Shown here: positions 9,162 to 17,821 of the stretch, piece after piece
Numbering within the stretch: the first letter of the stretch is position 1
Layout of the letters: each line of letters opens with the position of its first letter
IMG/VR virus record: IMGVR_UViG_3300045988_139196
DNA from: a virus
Direction: 5' to 3' (one strand)
DNA: 64,000 nt
Program-made: the position numbers and the translations under genes
Notes under the pieces: generated by a model
Told to the model about the DNA's origin: nothing
Database searches by the model: none
Seen by the model: only the letters and a program-made list of their open reading frames with translations

Positions 9162-10641
9162 TTTGTTTCCTTTCTAGTTTCAATATCAACCTCAAACAGC
9201 TTTCCAAATATGTAATAAAGTACATCAACCACAATAGAGTTACCTGCCTGTTTATAAAGTTGGCTGTCAGAACTAAAAGTTTGTGATCTATCAAATTGTT
9301 CATCAGTAAATCCCATAAGCCTATAACATTCTTTAGGAGTTAATTTACGAACTCTAAAGCTTTTGGCTTCGGGTTCAATTACAGCTTGGTTACAACTTGT
9401 AGTCAACGTTTGTACGCAACCCTTTCCGACCCTACCTCTTCTTGTCTTAGAATTAGGTTGCTCCAGATTTACACTGTCACCTTCATAATTTTCTGCATAG
9501 CCTTTCTTAGTTGCTTCTTTCACATAAGCTATTGGCTCTGCTATTTTAGGTTGCCTATTCCCACCTTGCATAATTTCCAATGCGGGAGAGCAGCCTCCTT
9601 TTGAATAAACTCTATTCATTTTATCATAATTATAATAATTTAAGCTACCAACTTGAATACAGCGATTAGTTTCAAGAATAGTATTATCAGTTGGAGCTAA
9701 AGCACTATTGGCTCTTAGGGTACTTGCTGTTCCATTAACATCTCTTGGTTTCCATATAGACCCTGTTCCTTTTGCAGTATGGCTCTCATTATGTTTAATA
9801 AAGCCTCGTATCATTGTATCTGTCAAATAATACTTTTCATCTACATTATCTTCAAGTACATCTTTAAGTCTGACTCCGTTATCAAAAGGTTGCGGAAATT
9901 CAAATTTTCCATCATCAATATCTTTGCGAATACTTATTGCGAACACTCTTTCTCTATTTTGAGGAACACCATAATCTTTAGCATTTAAAACTTTCCAATA
10001 TGTATTGTAACCAAGTTCATCAAACCAAGCCACCCATTCATCAAACTGTGGTTTAAACTTTTTACCCACAAGATTTTTGACATTTTCAAGCATTAGATAT
10101 TTTGGTAAAGCCAACATTTTGTCAGCTTTTCAAGTAGTCTTTGTACCTCATAGAGTAATCCCGAACGTGTTTTACCTTTTATAATACCTTCTTGCTTGCC
10201 ACTGACAGATACGCTCTGGCAAGGAAATGAATATGTCCAAAAATCAGCATAGTCAAGATGTTCGAGTTTACTAATGTCACCTAAATTCCTCGAAAGCTTA
10301 TTAGCGAGCCAATATTTTTCAAGCTCTTTTGATTTGCTATTTACAAATCTGTACCAATTATAAGGTTTATTTTTCTGAAAATCATATCCAAGATTAATTT
10401 CTGTAAGCTGTCTAGCCATTTCTTCTCTTGTAGGATATTCAGTATATGTATTTATAAGTTCTTCCGTAAGTCCACAATGAATAGACGCATATGCTAAAAC
10501 TGCATTATGATCTATGTCAGATGTATATTTAATTTCACGAGGTATTCCAAGCCTTTCTAATGCTGAAACTTGTGCGCCTATACCACTAAATAATTCGTTT
10601 ACTGTTATTTTTTCCGTTTTCACTATTTGTAAATCCTCCAA
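9155..10641 (-). pseudogene. dcm: DNA (cytosine-5) methyltransferase split by a frameshift near 10093-10117
   Basis: The upstream ORF has FSGIGAQ (motif I) and FPCQSVS (motif IV). The downstream ORF has ENVKNL, QNRERVF and GNSIVV. The frames overlap at ..CTGACAAAATGTTGG... The probable true start is GTG at 10623, after GGAGG. Confidence 0.8.
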
Positions 10642-10769
10642 TTTGTTCTTTATTGGAAGATAATTGCAATTATCATATTCACTCAGGTAGCTAATCTGAG
10701 CATTCCGTTTTGTTTTATCTCTTATTTTCTTAATAAAATGTTGGTTTTATTTATATGTATTTTTGTGCG

Positions 10770-11153
10770 TTACTTTACAAACTCTGCATTATCAGGTAAT
10801 CTATCTCGAAATTCTTTAGGTACTTCACCATTGTGCCATAAATTATTTGTTACGATAATTTCACCAGTATGTAATTTAATTTTAAATTCTCTACCACCAT
10901 ATCCCCTAAAAGGACTATCACTCATTGGGTGAGCTTTGTCTAAGTAATAACAAATGCCATTAATAATAACGTGTTCGTCCTTTTCTTTTATAATTTCAAG
11001 CCAGAACTTTTTATGGAAACATTCGCTACTATCACACACTTCGTCAAAAGGCTCTGCGTGACAGACTTTGTGGAACACTCGACCACAGATTTCACATTTT
11101 ATATTTTGAATATTACAATCCATTTGTTCGTCTCCTGCTTTTACATCAACCAC
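10770..11153 (-). CDS. Cys-rich hypothetical protein
   Basis: ORF with a CEICG..C..C cluster. Confidence 0.5.
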   Translation of the reverse strand: MVDVKAGDEQMDCNIQNIKCEICGRVFHKVCHAEPFDEVCDSSECFHKKFWLEIIKEKDEHVIINGICYYLDKAHPMSDSPFRGYGGREFKIKLHTGEIIVTNNLWHNGEVPKEFRDRLPDNAEFVK

Positions 11154-11458
11154 TTTCTATATTTTCTATCTTGCTTACGCTTAATCTTCTTTATGCGGTT
11201 GTATATATAGTTCTCATAATGCTCAAACTGCATAGCCTTTGCATAGCAATATAACCATACCACAAAAAAGGTTAAAACCACCATTACACTTACTATAGTT
11301 TTAGTATGATGTAAGCCGTATTCGTCATAGAAATGTGCCATAATTGGCATTGTTAAAACAAAAGCACAAAAAGAAATAATACAAATAATAGTATATATTG
11401 TCATTCGTGTTTTGCACCATTGTTTAGAATATTTCACTACTTTAATTTCTTTCATCAA
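11141..11458 (-). CDS. membrane protein (2 TM helices)
   Basis: Hydrophobic segments IYTIICIISFCAFVLTMPIM and IVSVMVVLTFFVVWLY. Confidence 0.5.
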   Translation of the reverse strand: MMKEIKVVKYSKQWCKTRMTIYTIICIISFCAFVLTMPIMAHFYDEYGLHHTKTIVSVMVVLTFFVVWLYCYAKAMQFEHYENYIYNRIKKIKRKQDRKYRKWLM

Positions 11459-11862
11459 TAAACCTCTTTATTGCCCTTTTGAGCATATTTCTCTATAACA
11501 AAAAGGTCAAATCCGTTTCTTACGAACTGTTTTGTAAGATCATGTTTTATGCTATTACCCAAATATGTATAGATATAACTCATTTGCTCCATTGTAAAAT
11601 TAGTTCCACAAATTTTATTGAAAGCATTAGTATTGTCTTGCCAATATCTCATAAGTCTTTTGTCTCGTGAATATCTTAACGCACAAGAGCAATCTCGACT
11701 TAGCCACTCACAAAGTTTTACCTTGAAATCTTCATTTGTTTTCACGTCGTCAAGCTGAATATAGACATTGAATTTTGGAATAAGAATAATCTCGTTATTT
11801 CGATTAATAAAGCTATTTGGGAAAACTTGCATTGCAAGTTTTATACTTTCCAGAAGTTTCAT
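11455..11862 (-). CDS. hypothetical protein
   Basis: ORF only, with start/stop overlap to its neighbour. Confidence 0.5.
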   Translation of the reverse strand: MKLLESIKLAMQVFPNSFINRNNEIILIPKFNVYIQLDDVKTNEDFKVKLCEWLSRDCSCALRYSRDKRLMRYWQDNTNAFNKICGTNFTMEQMSYIYTYLGNSIKHDLTKQFVRNGFDLFVIEKYAQKGNKEVY

Positions 11863-11873
11863 TCTGTCTCCTT

Positions 11874-12149
11874 TCAGCCAATTCCAATTCTTTCTTTGTA
11901 TTCGTCAAGTGTAATTTTGCCCATTTTATAATCTAAAAGTGATATAAATTCTTCTGTAGAAGTACTAAAGGGGAAATTGCAGTTGCGAAGTTCTTTTCTT
12001 ATCTTTTCTATCGCCTGCTCAAACGGAATATGCCACTTACTCTCGTTGACACAGATCTCCGAGATAATAAATTCCATATGTTGATATTGATTTATTAGGA
12101 ATATTAGTTGCTCTTTCGTAAGAGCGTTAAGAATTTTCTTTGAAATCAT
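11874..12149 (-). CDS. hypothetical protein
   Basis: ORF with GAGGTG upstream. Confidence 0.5.
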   Translation of the reverse strand: MISKKILNALTKEQLIFLINQYQHMEFIISEICVNESKWHIPFEQAIEKIRKELRNCNFPFSTSTEEFISLLDYKMGKITLDEYKERIGIG

Positions 12150-12316
12150 TTATGTCACCTCAGCCCTAAGTCATCAAGTGTTACAGGTGTGTAGTCATGC
12201 AACATACAACCTACATTTGCACACCTATAAGGGAAACCACGCTCTCTCATTTGTTTGGCATACTCATTAAAAGGTCTTGTATCTCTACCATTGTGAATAT
12301 GCCCATACAAATAAAA

Positions 12317-12913
12317 TTAAATCCACTCTATTGTTGGCAAGCCTTCATAATTATGTTCCCATACAAACCATGCAAAACACATAGTGCTTGCCCAAGGCTT
12401 CCCCTTTTCATCTACCTCACTACCATTACGCATTGGGTTTACTCTTTTAGAAAACACATAAATTGTTTTTATAGGAGTGTTTTCCCACATTTTCAATCTA
12501 TCTTGCCCTTCAAGAAGTTGGATTTTTGCAAACATAATAACTTTTTCATTTGCTAAATCCAATGATCGAAGAATAAATTCTTTTGCAAATTTGAACGGTG
12601 GATTGGTAATAATATTATCAAATTTGCGTTTGTAATTATATGTAAGAAAGTCAACGTTTGGAGTAATATCAATTCCAAAAGGACTATCTCTACTAACCAA
12701 ATCAGTAGATACAATTTCTGAATATGGATAAAATTCTTTGAGGACTTTTGATATATGCCCTTGACCAGCAGCAGGTTCGAGTATGCTACCAAATAATTTT
12801 TCTCTTTTTAAAATGGCTTCTGTCGCATTGAATGGTGTTGCGTAAAAATCATTAGTCACTCTTTCTCTTGTAGGAGACATTCCAGCTAGGCTTGTCCCCG
12901 TAAGTGTTTTCAT
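12317..12913 (-). CDS. small N6-adenine DNA methyltransferase (NPPF type)
   Basis: EPAAGQGHI (AdoMet motif) and NIITNPPF (catalytic motif). Confidence 0.75.
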   Translation of the reverse strand: MKTLTGTSLAGMSPTRERVTNDFYATPFNATEAILKREKLFGSILEPAAGQGHISKVLKEFYPYSEIVSTDLVSRDSPFGIDITPNVDFLTYNYKRKFDNIITNPPFKFAKEFILRSLDLANEKVIMFAKIQLLEGQDRLKMWENTPIKTIYVFSKRVNPMRNGSEVDEKGKPWASTMCFAWFVWEHNYEGLPTIEWI

Positions 12914-12928
12914 TAAATGTTGTCCTCC

Positions 12929-13765
12929 TCAATAGTTTGTAATCAAGACCTCTATATCTTTTGTCTTGTCTTTTTTCTGATAATTACAGTTTCCATAAGT
13001 AGTGTTTAAATAGTGGGTTTTATATCCATGACCTTCCGCCCAATCCTTTAACGTTAGGTTTGTTTTTAGGTTATTTGATAACGCCCATTTTACATTTGAA
13101 GTCGCAAGCATATCTCTTAAATCTTTCTCATCGGCATTAGTCCAACCGCCATTTTCATTATAGGTTGCCGTTGAATTAAAATACGGTGGATCGCAATACA
13201 GAAAATCATTTTCGCCAAACGCTACGCCGATGAACTCACGAAAATCAGCATTGGTGAACTTGCAGCCTTTATTGCTGATTGCTTCCGAAAATTCTATAAA
13301 CCTTTCTCTTAATGTAGGGTTAAAATATCTTTCTCCAAACGGCATATTAAATTCACCTTTTGAATTAAAACGCATCTGATTGTTAAAGGCGTAACAAATT
13401 AACACATATAAAATAACGGACTGTTTAGATTCCGACTCGTTAAAATAGCTGCGGAGTCTCAAATACCCATTCCTATTAATCTTTGATAGGTCATATTGCT
13501 TGATTATCTCATCTATTTCGTCAAGACTTTTATCGGTTCTATTTCTATGTATGTATTCGAGTATTTGGACTACAGGCAAATTCAAATCATTATAAACAAC
13601 CTCTTTCGCAGGAACATTAATTCCAACATTAAACCCACCGCCAAACAAGTCAATAAAAGTGTCAATATTTTTCGGAAACAATGGTAATATCTGCGGTAGA
13701 AGCTTGTATTTGCCACCTACATAATTGAGTGGCGATTTTATGTATTCTTGCTTTATCAGTATCAT
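12929..13765 (-). CDS. dam: Dam-family (D12 class) N6-adenine DNA methyltransferase
   Basis: NYVGGKYKLLPQI, DLFGGGFNVG and CDPPY motifs. Confidence 0.85.
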   Translation of the reverse strand: MILIKQEYIKSPLNYVGGKYKLLPQILPLFPKNIDTFIDLFGGGFNVGINVPAKEVVYNDLNLPVVQILEYIHRNRTDKSLDEIDEIIKQYDLSKINRNGYLRLRSYFNESESKQSVILYVLICYAFNNQMRFNSKGEFNMPFGERYFNPTLRERFIEFSEAISNKGCKFTNADFREFIGVAFGENDFLYCDPPYFNSTATYNENGGWTNADEKDLRDMLATSNVKWALSNNLKTNLTLKDWAEGHGYKTHYLNTTYGNCNYQKKDKTKDIEVLITNY

Positions 13766-13955
13766 CTCCTAAATAAAATTTCTCTTTTATTCAGATTTTA
13801 AGTGTCTAAAGGTGCGTATTTACGCTGTTTTAGGATATGCTAAAGTAGCGTATTTTCATTAATTTGCATTTTTAAATTAATTGCTTTATGCTTTCTTTTT
13901 TGCCTTTCCTTATAATAGACGTGTCCTTTGCTCCAACTACTGTTATACTCTCCAT

Positions 13956-14222
13956 TTATGTTTCGCATTTTATAACCCAAGATGGGTGTTCTTCATGAAT
14001 TATTCGTCTGGCTAAATCCCATTCTTCTGAGTTATATTGGAATGTAAGCCATAGCTGAAATAAGAGTCTGCCAGAACGCTTATACCGATACGACTCTTTC
14101 CAGTACTGAAAAGCCTTATAAATTCTATCATTTAAATTATCATAATAGCAATTACCAGTATTAAACATATCGGCTAAACTACGTTCTGAGATTTTTGATA
14201 TTATGTATTCTTCATTTGTCAT
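13956..14222 (-). CDS. hypothetical protein
   Basis: ORF only. Confidence 0.5.
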   Translation of the reverse strand: MTNEEYIISKISERSLADMFNTGNCYYDNLNDRIYKAFQYWKESYRYKRSGRLLFQLWLTFQYNSEEWDLARRIIHEEHPSWVIKCET

Positions 14223-14320
14223 GAATCATCTCTCTTTATGAACAAATAATCAGTTGAAATATCATCTATTACATTTTTAGCTGTCTCTTTAAACCATACA
14301 CTCAAATCTCTTTTAGTCAT
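14219..14320 (-). CDS. small ORF (33 aa) coupled at both ends
   Basis: Unlisted ORF MTKRDLSVWFKETAKNVIDDISTDYLFIKRDDS. It has ATGA-type overlaps with the YopX stop and with the next gene's start. Confidence 0.35.
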   Translation of the reverse strand: MTKRDLSVWFKETAKNVIDDISTDYLFIKRDDS

Positions 14321-14832
14321 TCGTGATCCTCCTCAATCTTTTCCATCATCTCAGGATTGTCATAAACGTTGCCAACGATAAAAGAGATACGTTCGCCATA
14401 GCAAGATTCGACTTCAAGTTCCGTAAGATCAATCGTATTAAAAAGATGATTCACTTTAAACGTTGGAGTGCCTACATCTGTCAGCTCCCAAGAAAGTGTT
14501 TCATCATTCCACCTTACATCCATAAATCTATCAGTGCCACAAGAAGTTACGTTAATTATATCTCCTTCAAAAATTTTCTTATCATACTTGTCTGTTAGCC
14601 CTGTGTATTGGCTGACGGTCTTAGGGTCTACTACATAAGAAATTAGCATTGTATCAACAAACTGCTTATAGTCATTGTCCTCAATCTCTATATTGTCGCA
14701 AATAATGTGTTCAAAATTAGCACCCTTGTCCTTGAAGTATGGGCGTTTCCTGACAACGTAATATCCACTTACCCATTTGCCATTGTCAGTGCGTTTGCCA
14801 CGAAATAATATTTTACGCATTGTCTTCATCAC
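14317..14832 (-). CDS. YopX-family phage protein
   Basis: FRGKRTDNGKWVSGYY near the N-terminus and IVGNVYDNPEMM near the C-terminus. Confidence 0.75.
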   Translation of the reverse strand: MMKTMRKILFRGKRTDNGKWVSGYYVVRKRPYFKDKGANFEHIICDNIEIEDNDYKQFVDTMLISYVVDPKTVSQYTGLTDKYDKKIFEGDIINVTSCGTDRFMDVRWNDETLSWELTDVGTPTFKVNHLFNTIDLTELEVESCYGERISFIVGNVYDNPEMMEKIEEDHE

Positions 14833-14849
14833 TCCTTGTTACCAAACTT

Positions 14850-15518
14850 TCAGTGCCATTTTCCAAGCACAAAACGCTCGTAAAACGTCCCCGTGTATAT
14901 CCTGTGATAGCGTTCTATCACCGCCCGATCAAGGGTCGGATTGTCCTCCAGCACGAAATGTCTGTAGATAAGCCGTTTTTCCTCCGCCTTGTCTATCCAC
15001 TCTTTCTTGAACCAGTGGTAAGGATTGTCAGGATTGCAGCTGAACCACAGCTTGCTCCCCGCCACTGAACACCTTGCCACAGCCTGCTCTATAAAGCTTC
15101 TGGGCATAAGTGCCGCCTCGTCAAGAAGCACCCCCGCAAGGGTCACGCCCTGGATAAGAGAGGGTGAGCCTTCGTCCCTGCCGCCAAAGTAGTAAAACCT
15201 GTTTTTCCTGCCGCAAAAGCTCACGTCCATATAGTTCTTTGAGGTGGCCTCCACAGCCGTCATGCCCATGGCTTTCATATACTCTCTGAGTGCAGGCAGG
15301 ATATTCCTTTTCAGCGACACGATAGTTTTTGAGCATAGCCCAAAAATGCACTCGTCAAAATTAGTCATCGCCCATGTCATAAAAGACGCCGACAAACAAA
15401 AGGTCTTGCCCGATCTGACCGCACCGTCACAGATTATCCCGTCGTAATCACTAAGCTCCCGTGCCGTCCACCATCTGAAAACAAACTTCTGATTTTCCGA
15501 CAACCTTGTTATTTTCAC
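14850..15518 (-). CDS. terminase large subunit, ATPase domain only (truncated, foreign GC)
   Basis: Walker A GAVRSGKT, Walker B LLDEAALM, and CNPDNPYHWF. It ends at ..FVLGKWH, where the nuclease domain should begin. GTG start overlaps the upstream stop (GTGA). Hand-counted 60-nt samples give about 50% GC. Confidence 0.7.
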   Translation of the reverse strand: MKITRLSENQKFVFRWWTARELSDYDGIICDGAVRSGKTFCLSASFMTWAMTNFDECIFGLCSKTIVSLKRNILPALREYMKAMGMTAVEATSKNYMDVSFCGRKNRFYYFGGRDEGSPSLIQGVTLAGVLLDEAALMPRSFIEQAVARCSVAGSKLWFSCNPDNPYHWFKKEWIDKAEEKRLIYRHFVLEDNPTLDRAVIERYHRIYTGTFYERFVLGKWH

Positions 15519-15856
15519 AAGCTATCACCGTCCATTCTTGCTCCGCAGTTAGGACAGTAATTATAGTAACAATGCCCACAATAATATGCCGTTTCAGTTA
15601 ATCCTTTGCATTCGGAACAAATCCATTGTTTATTGTCAATTGGGTCATTACCAAGTTTAAGCCACTTTCCACGCTTGACTTCCTGTACGTCTGTCACAGG
15701 TGCAGGCTTATTTTCTTTAAGGTAATGCATAACAGCTCCGTTTACCCCTGGCTCTACAGTGTGGCATTCCCCTTGCTCTTCAAGCGGACATCCTTTGCAA
15801 CTATGTGCTATGTAGCAATGTTCAAATGCCTTTATCGTTTCTTCTCTCGTCAGCAT
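15515..15856 (-). CDS. Cys-rich protein (N-terminal HC..C..CP module plus C-terminal zinc ribbon)
   Basis: CKGCP..C and CSEC..CGHC..CPNCG clusters. Translationally coupled to the terminase fragment. Confidence 0.55.
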   Translation of the reverse strand: MLTREETIKAFEHCYIAHSCKGCPLEEQGECHTVEPGVNGAVMHYLKENKPAPVTDVQEVKRGKWLKLGNDPIDNKQWICSECKGLTETAYYCGHCYYNYCPNCGARMDGDSL

Positions 15857-15983
15857 TTTTCTTCCTCCAATTCAAAACTATTCTTGTCTCTACTTATAAG
15901 TGCTTTAAGTGAACATGGTTTACAGTTGTATGTTATACAACATTTAGCCACATTTATGATATCTTCTTTTGTTAATTTCTTAT

Positions 15984-16502
15984 CTATTGCCGTTCTCCTT
16001 TGAAAAATTCTCTCGGTTCAAACCATTTATCTTTAATGATATTTCCTATTCCGACAACTAATCTATCTTCCTGTTTTACTCTAACATAATGACCTTTTAT
16101 ATCTTCCCATTTTGCAACGCCCACAACGTCCATAATTCTTGTAAGTGCTTCAAGTCCCTTTTCAGAACCTTCAAACGATGTTCCGTTGAAAAAAGCTAAG
16201 TTATAACCGCCAAAACTAGCTCCCCAGCCTAAGCCTTTAAGTGCTATAGAAAAGGTAAGGCAACAATGGTCGCCTATTTCCAGTGATACATCAGTTATTT
16301 TAGCGTTTTCATAAATAGTGTTAGTGTTGCTTTCTGCCGAAGATATATTTTTTATTACAGGTTTAGACTCATTTTCTTTTATGTAATTGGCGAAGCTAAG
16401 TTCACAATTTGTTTTATTAATACGAAACGGACAATTCTCACAAATACCTCCTGTTTCTACGCAGTGCTTTGCTGCTTCAAAAATCTCCTCTTTTGTCATC
16501 AT
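15984..16502 (-). CDS. hypothetical protein with the same N-terminal HC..C..CP module
   Basis: TKEEIFEAAKHCVETGGICENCPF parallels TREETIKAFEHCYIAHSCKGCPL in the neighbouring gene. Confidence 0.55.
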   Translation of the reverse strand: MMTKEEIFEAAKHCVETGGICENCPFRINKTNCELSFANYIKENESKPVIKNISSAESNTNTIYENAKITDVSLEIGDHCCLTFSIALKGLGWGASFGGYNLAFFNGTSFEGSEKGLEALTRIMDVVGVAKWEDIKGHYVRVKQEDRLVVGIGNIIKDKWFEPREFFKGERQ

Positions 16503-16612
16503 ATTCTACCTCTTTCTATAAATAAAACTAAATTTTTATTTATTACTGATTCATGTTTTTTCATATTCAGTATCTTTTGTATTATTTAATTTCCAGCTCA
16601 CAAAATCATTTC

Positions 16613-16828
16613 CTACAATTCAGCAAAATTAATAAGATTAAGTAAGTCCGTAACAGACATATCTTCCTCGTCTGCAACTTCTTTTAATTTCAGTAATGAT
16701 GTTTCAAAGCTATCTTCACAATCTATACAATCTATACCCTCACAGCCTTCAAAATTATCGTACCATTTGCAACATCTACATTTAAGTTTTCTTATCTCTT
16801 TATCCATTTCCATTTTACTCCTTATCAA
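16613..16828 (-). CDS. Cys-rich small protein
   Basis: ORF only; CRCC..C..C..C cluster. Confidence 0.45.
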   Translation of the reverse strand: MIRSKMEMDKEIRKLKCRCCKWYDNFEGCEGIDCIDCEDSFETSLLKLKEVADEEDMSVTDLLNLINFAEL

Positions 16829-16845
16829 GTATAAACTTTTTGTTA

Positions 16846-17133
16846 TTATTCTTGGTTTAGTATTTTCCTAGCATTTTTATATTTGTTATAGTCTTTAGTA
16901 ACTTCTCTGTTGCAATATTTATGTAGAATATCTTGCACAATAATTGTATCAGCTTGTGGAGGCGGCAAAGGGTCAACAATGTAGTAATCTTCGCCTAATA
17001 AATATTGACATAGCACATTTATTGCTAGTTGTGCATCTATTGCGGGTGCATATAAATTTTCCTTTGAATTATAAGAATCTAGCAACTTAAAATATTCTAT
17101 TTTAGTCTTTGTTAAAGTGTTGTTCTTTTTCAT
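16846..17133 (-). CDS. hypothetical protein
   Basis: ORF only. Confidence 0.5.
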   Translation of the reverse strand: MKKNNTLTKTKIEYFKLLDSYNSKENLYAPAIDAQLAINVLCQYLLGEDYYIVDPLPPPQADTIIVQDILHKYCNREVTKDYNKYKNARKILNQE

Positions 17134-17164
17134 TTGTTTACCTCAATAAAAGAAAACTTTTATA

Positions 17165-17593
17165 TTACTCATTCTTATCTTTCTTACCAAGTAGCCACTC
17201 AATCGAAGTTGGTTTTTCATCTTCCCAAGAACAAAGATTGTTTAAAATATTTGGGGATATTATGTTATCAACACAAAGAGAATTACCATCATGACTGTCC
17301 CATTTTTCCAAATCGTTTTTATAAGGAATTGTTGTATATACCCACAATGAATCTGAAATACTTAAATTTTTGTCACAAGCCAAGTATCTGTAACCAAGTA
17401 AATAAAGTCCTTCCAAAATAGTTTTCTGCTCGTCTGTTATCCTTGGTTTACCTAGTTTATTCGTCATATCGCCAATGATTGCACCTCTTACTGTAGGCTC
17501 ATCGGTTGTAAATTTTGGATTGGATATTCTTATGATAGTTTCGCCAGTCTTTCTTTCGGTCTCAATAGTGATTGTCTGCTTAAACTCTGACAT
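17165..17593 (-). CDS. hypothetical protein
   Basis: First ORF downstream of promoter copy A. Confidence 0.5.
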   Translation of the reverse strand: MSEFKQTITIETERKTGETIIRISNPKFTTDEPTVRGAIIGDMTNKLGKPRITDEQKTILEGLYLLGYRYLACDKNLSISDSLWVYTTIPYKNDLEKWDSHDGNSLCVDNIISPNILNNLCSWEDEKPTSIEWLLGKKDKNE

Positions 17594-17740
17594 ATGTATT
17601 TCCTTTCTGAATAAAGTAAAATCAACTTTTTATAAACTGTTTGCTTGTTATCTCTTGTACTTTACAAAGTCTTTTATTTTGTAAAACCATTTCTTAATCG
17701 CCTTTAGCACTCTTTAACCACCTTTCAGCATATTAATTTT

Positions 17741-17797
17741 ACTATGCTACTTTTGAGATTATATTTATAGTATACTACTACTTTTGAGATGTGTCAA
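17741..17797 (-). promoter_or_regulatory. conserved promoter/operator, copy A
   Basis: On the minus strand: TTGACA (17797-17792), 17 nt, TATACT (17774-17769). Two TCTCAAAAGTAG boxes sit 31 nt apart (17778-17789 and 17747-17758). Confidence 0.7.
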
Positions 17798-17821
17798 GTA
17801 TGCAAAATGTACAAATTTATA

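Noticed and set aside
10085-10125. Programmed ribosomal frameshift in the dcm gene
   Set aside because: No slippery heptamer or downstream structure is visible. Mutation or sequencing error is more economical.
12155-12310. 51 codons remain open in the same frame after the TAA stop of the NPPF methyltransferase, suggesting read-through or a small TTG-start gene (..HIHNGRDTRPFNEYAKQMRERGFPYRCANVGC..)
   Set aside because: There is no SD and no known TAA read-through context. It cannot be separated from chance without comparative data. It is worth a quick homology check only.
14777-15447. Several listed ORFs antisense to or overlapping the terminase fragment (for example 14820-15068, 15121-15351, 15244-15447)
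   Set aside because: The high local GC reduces stop-codon frequency in all frames. None has protein motifs, while the terminase frame does.
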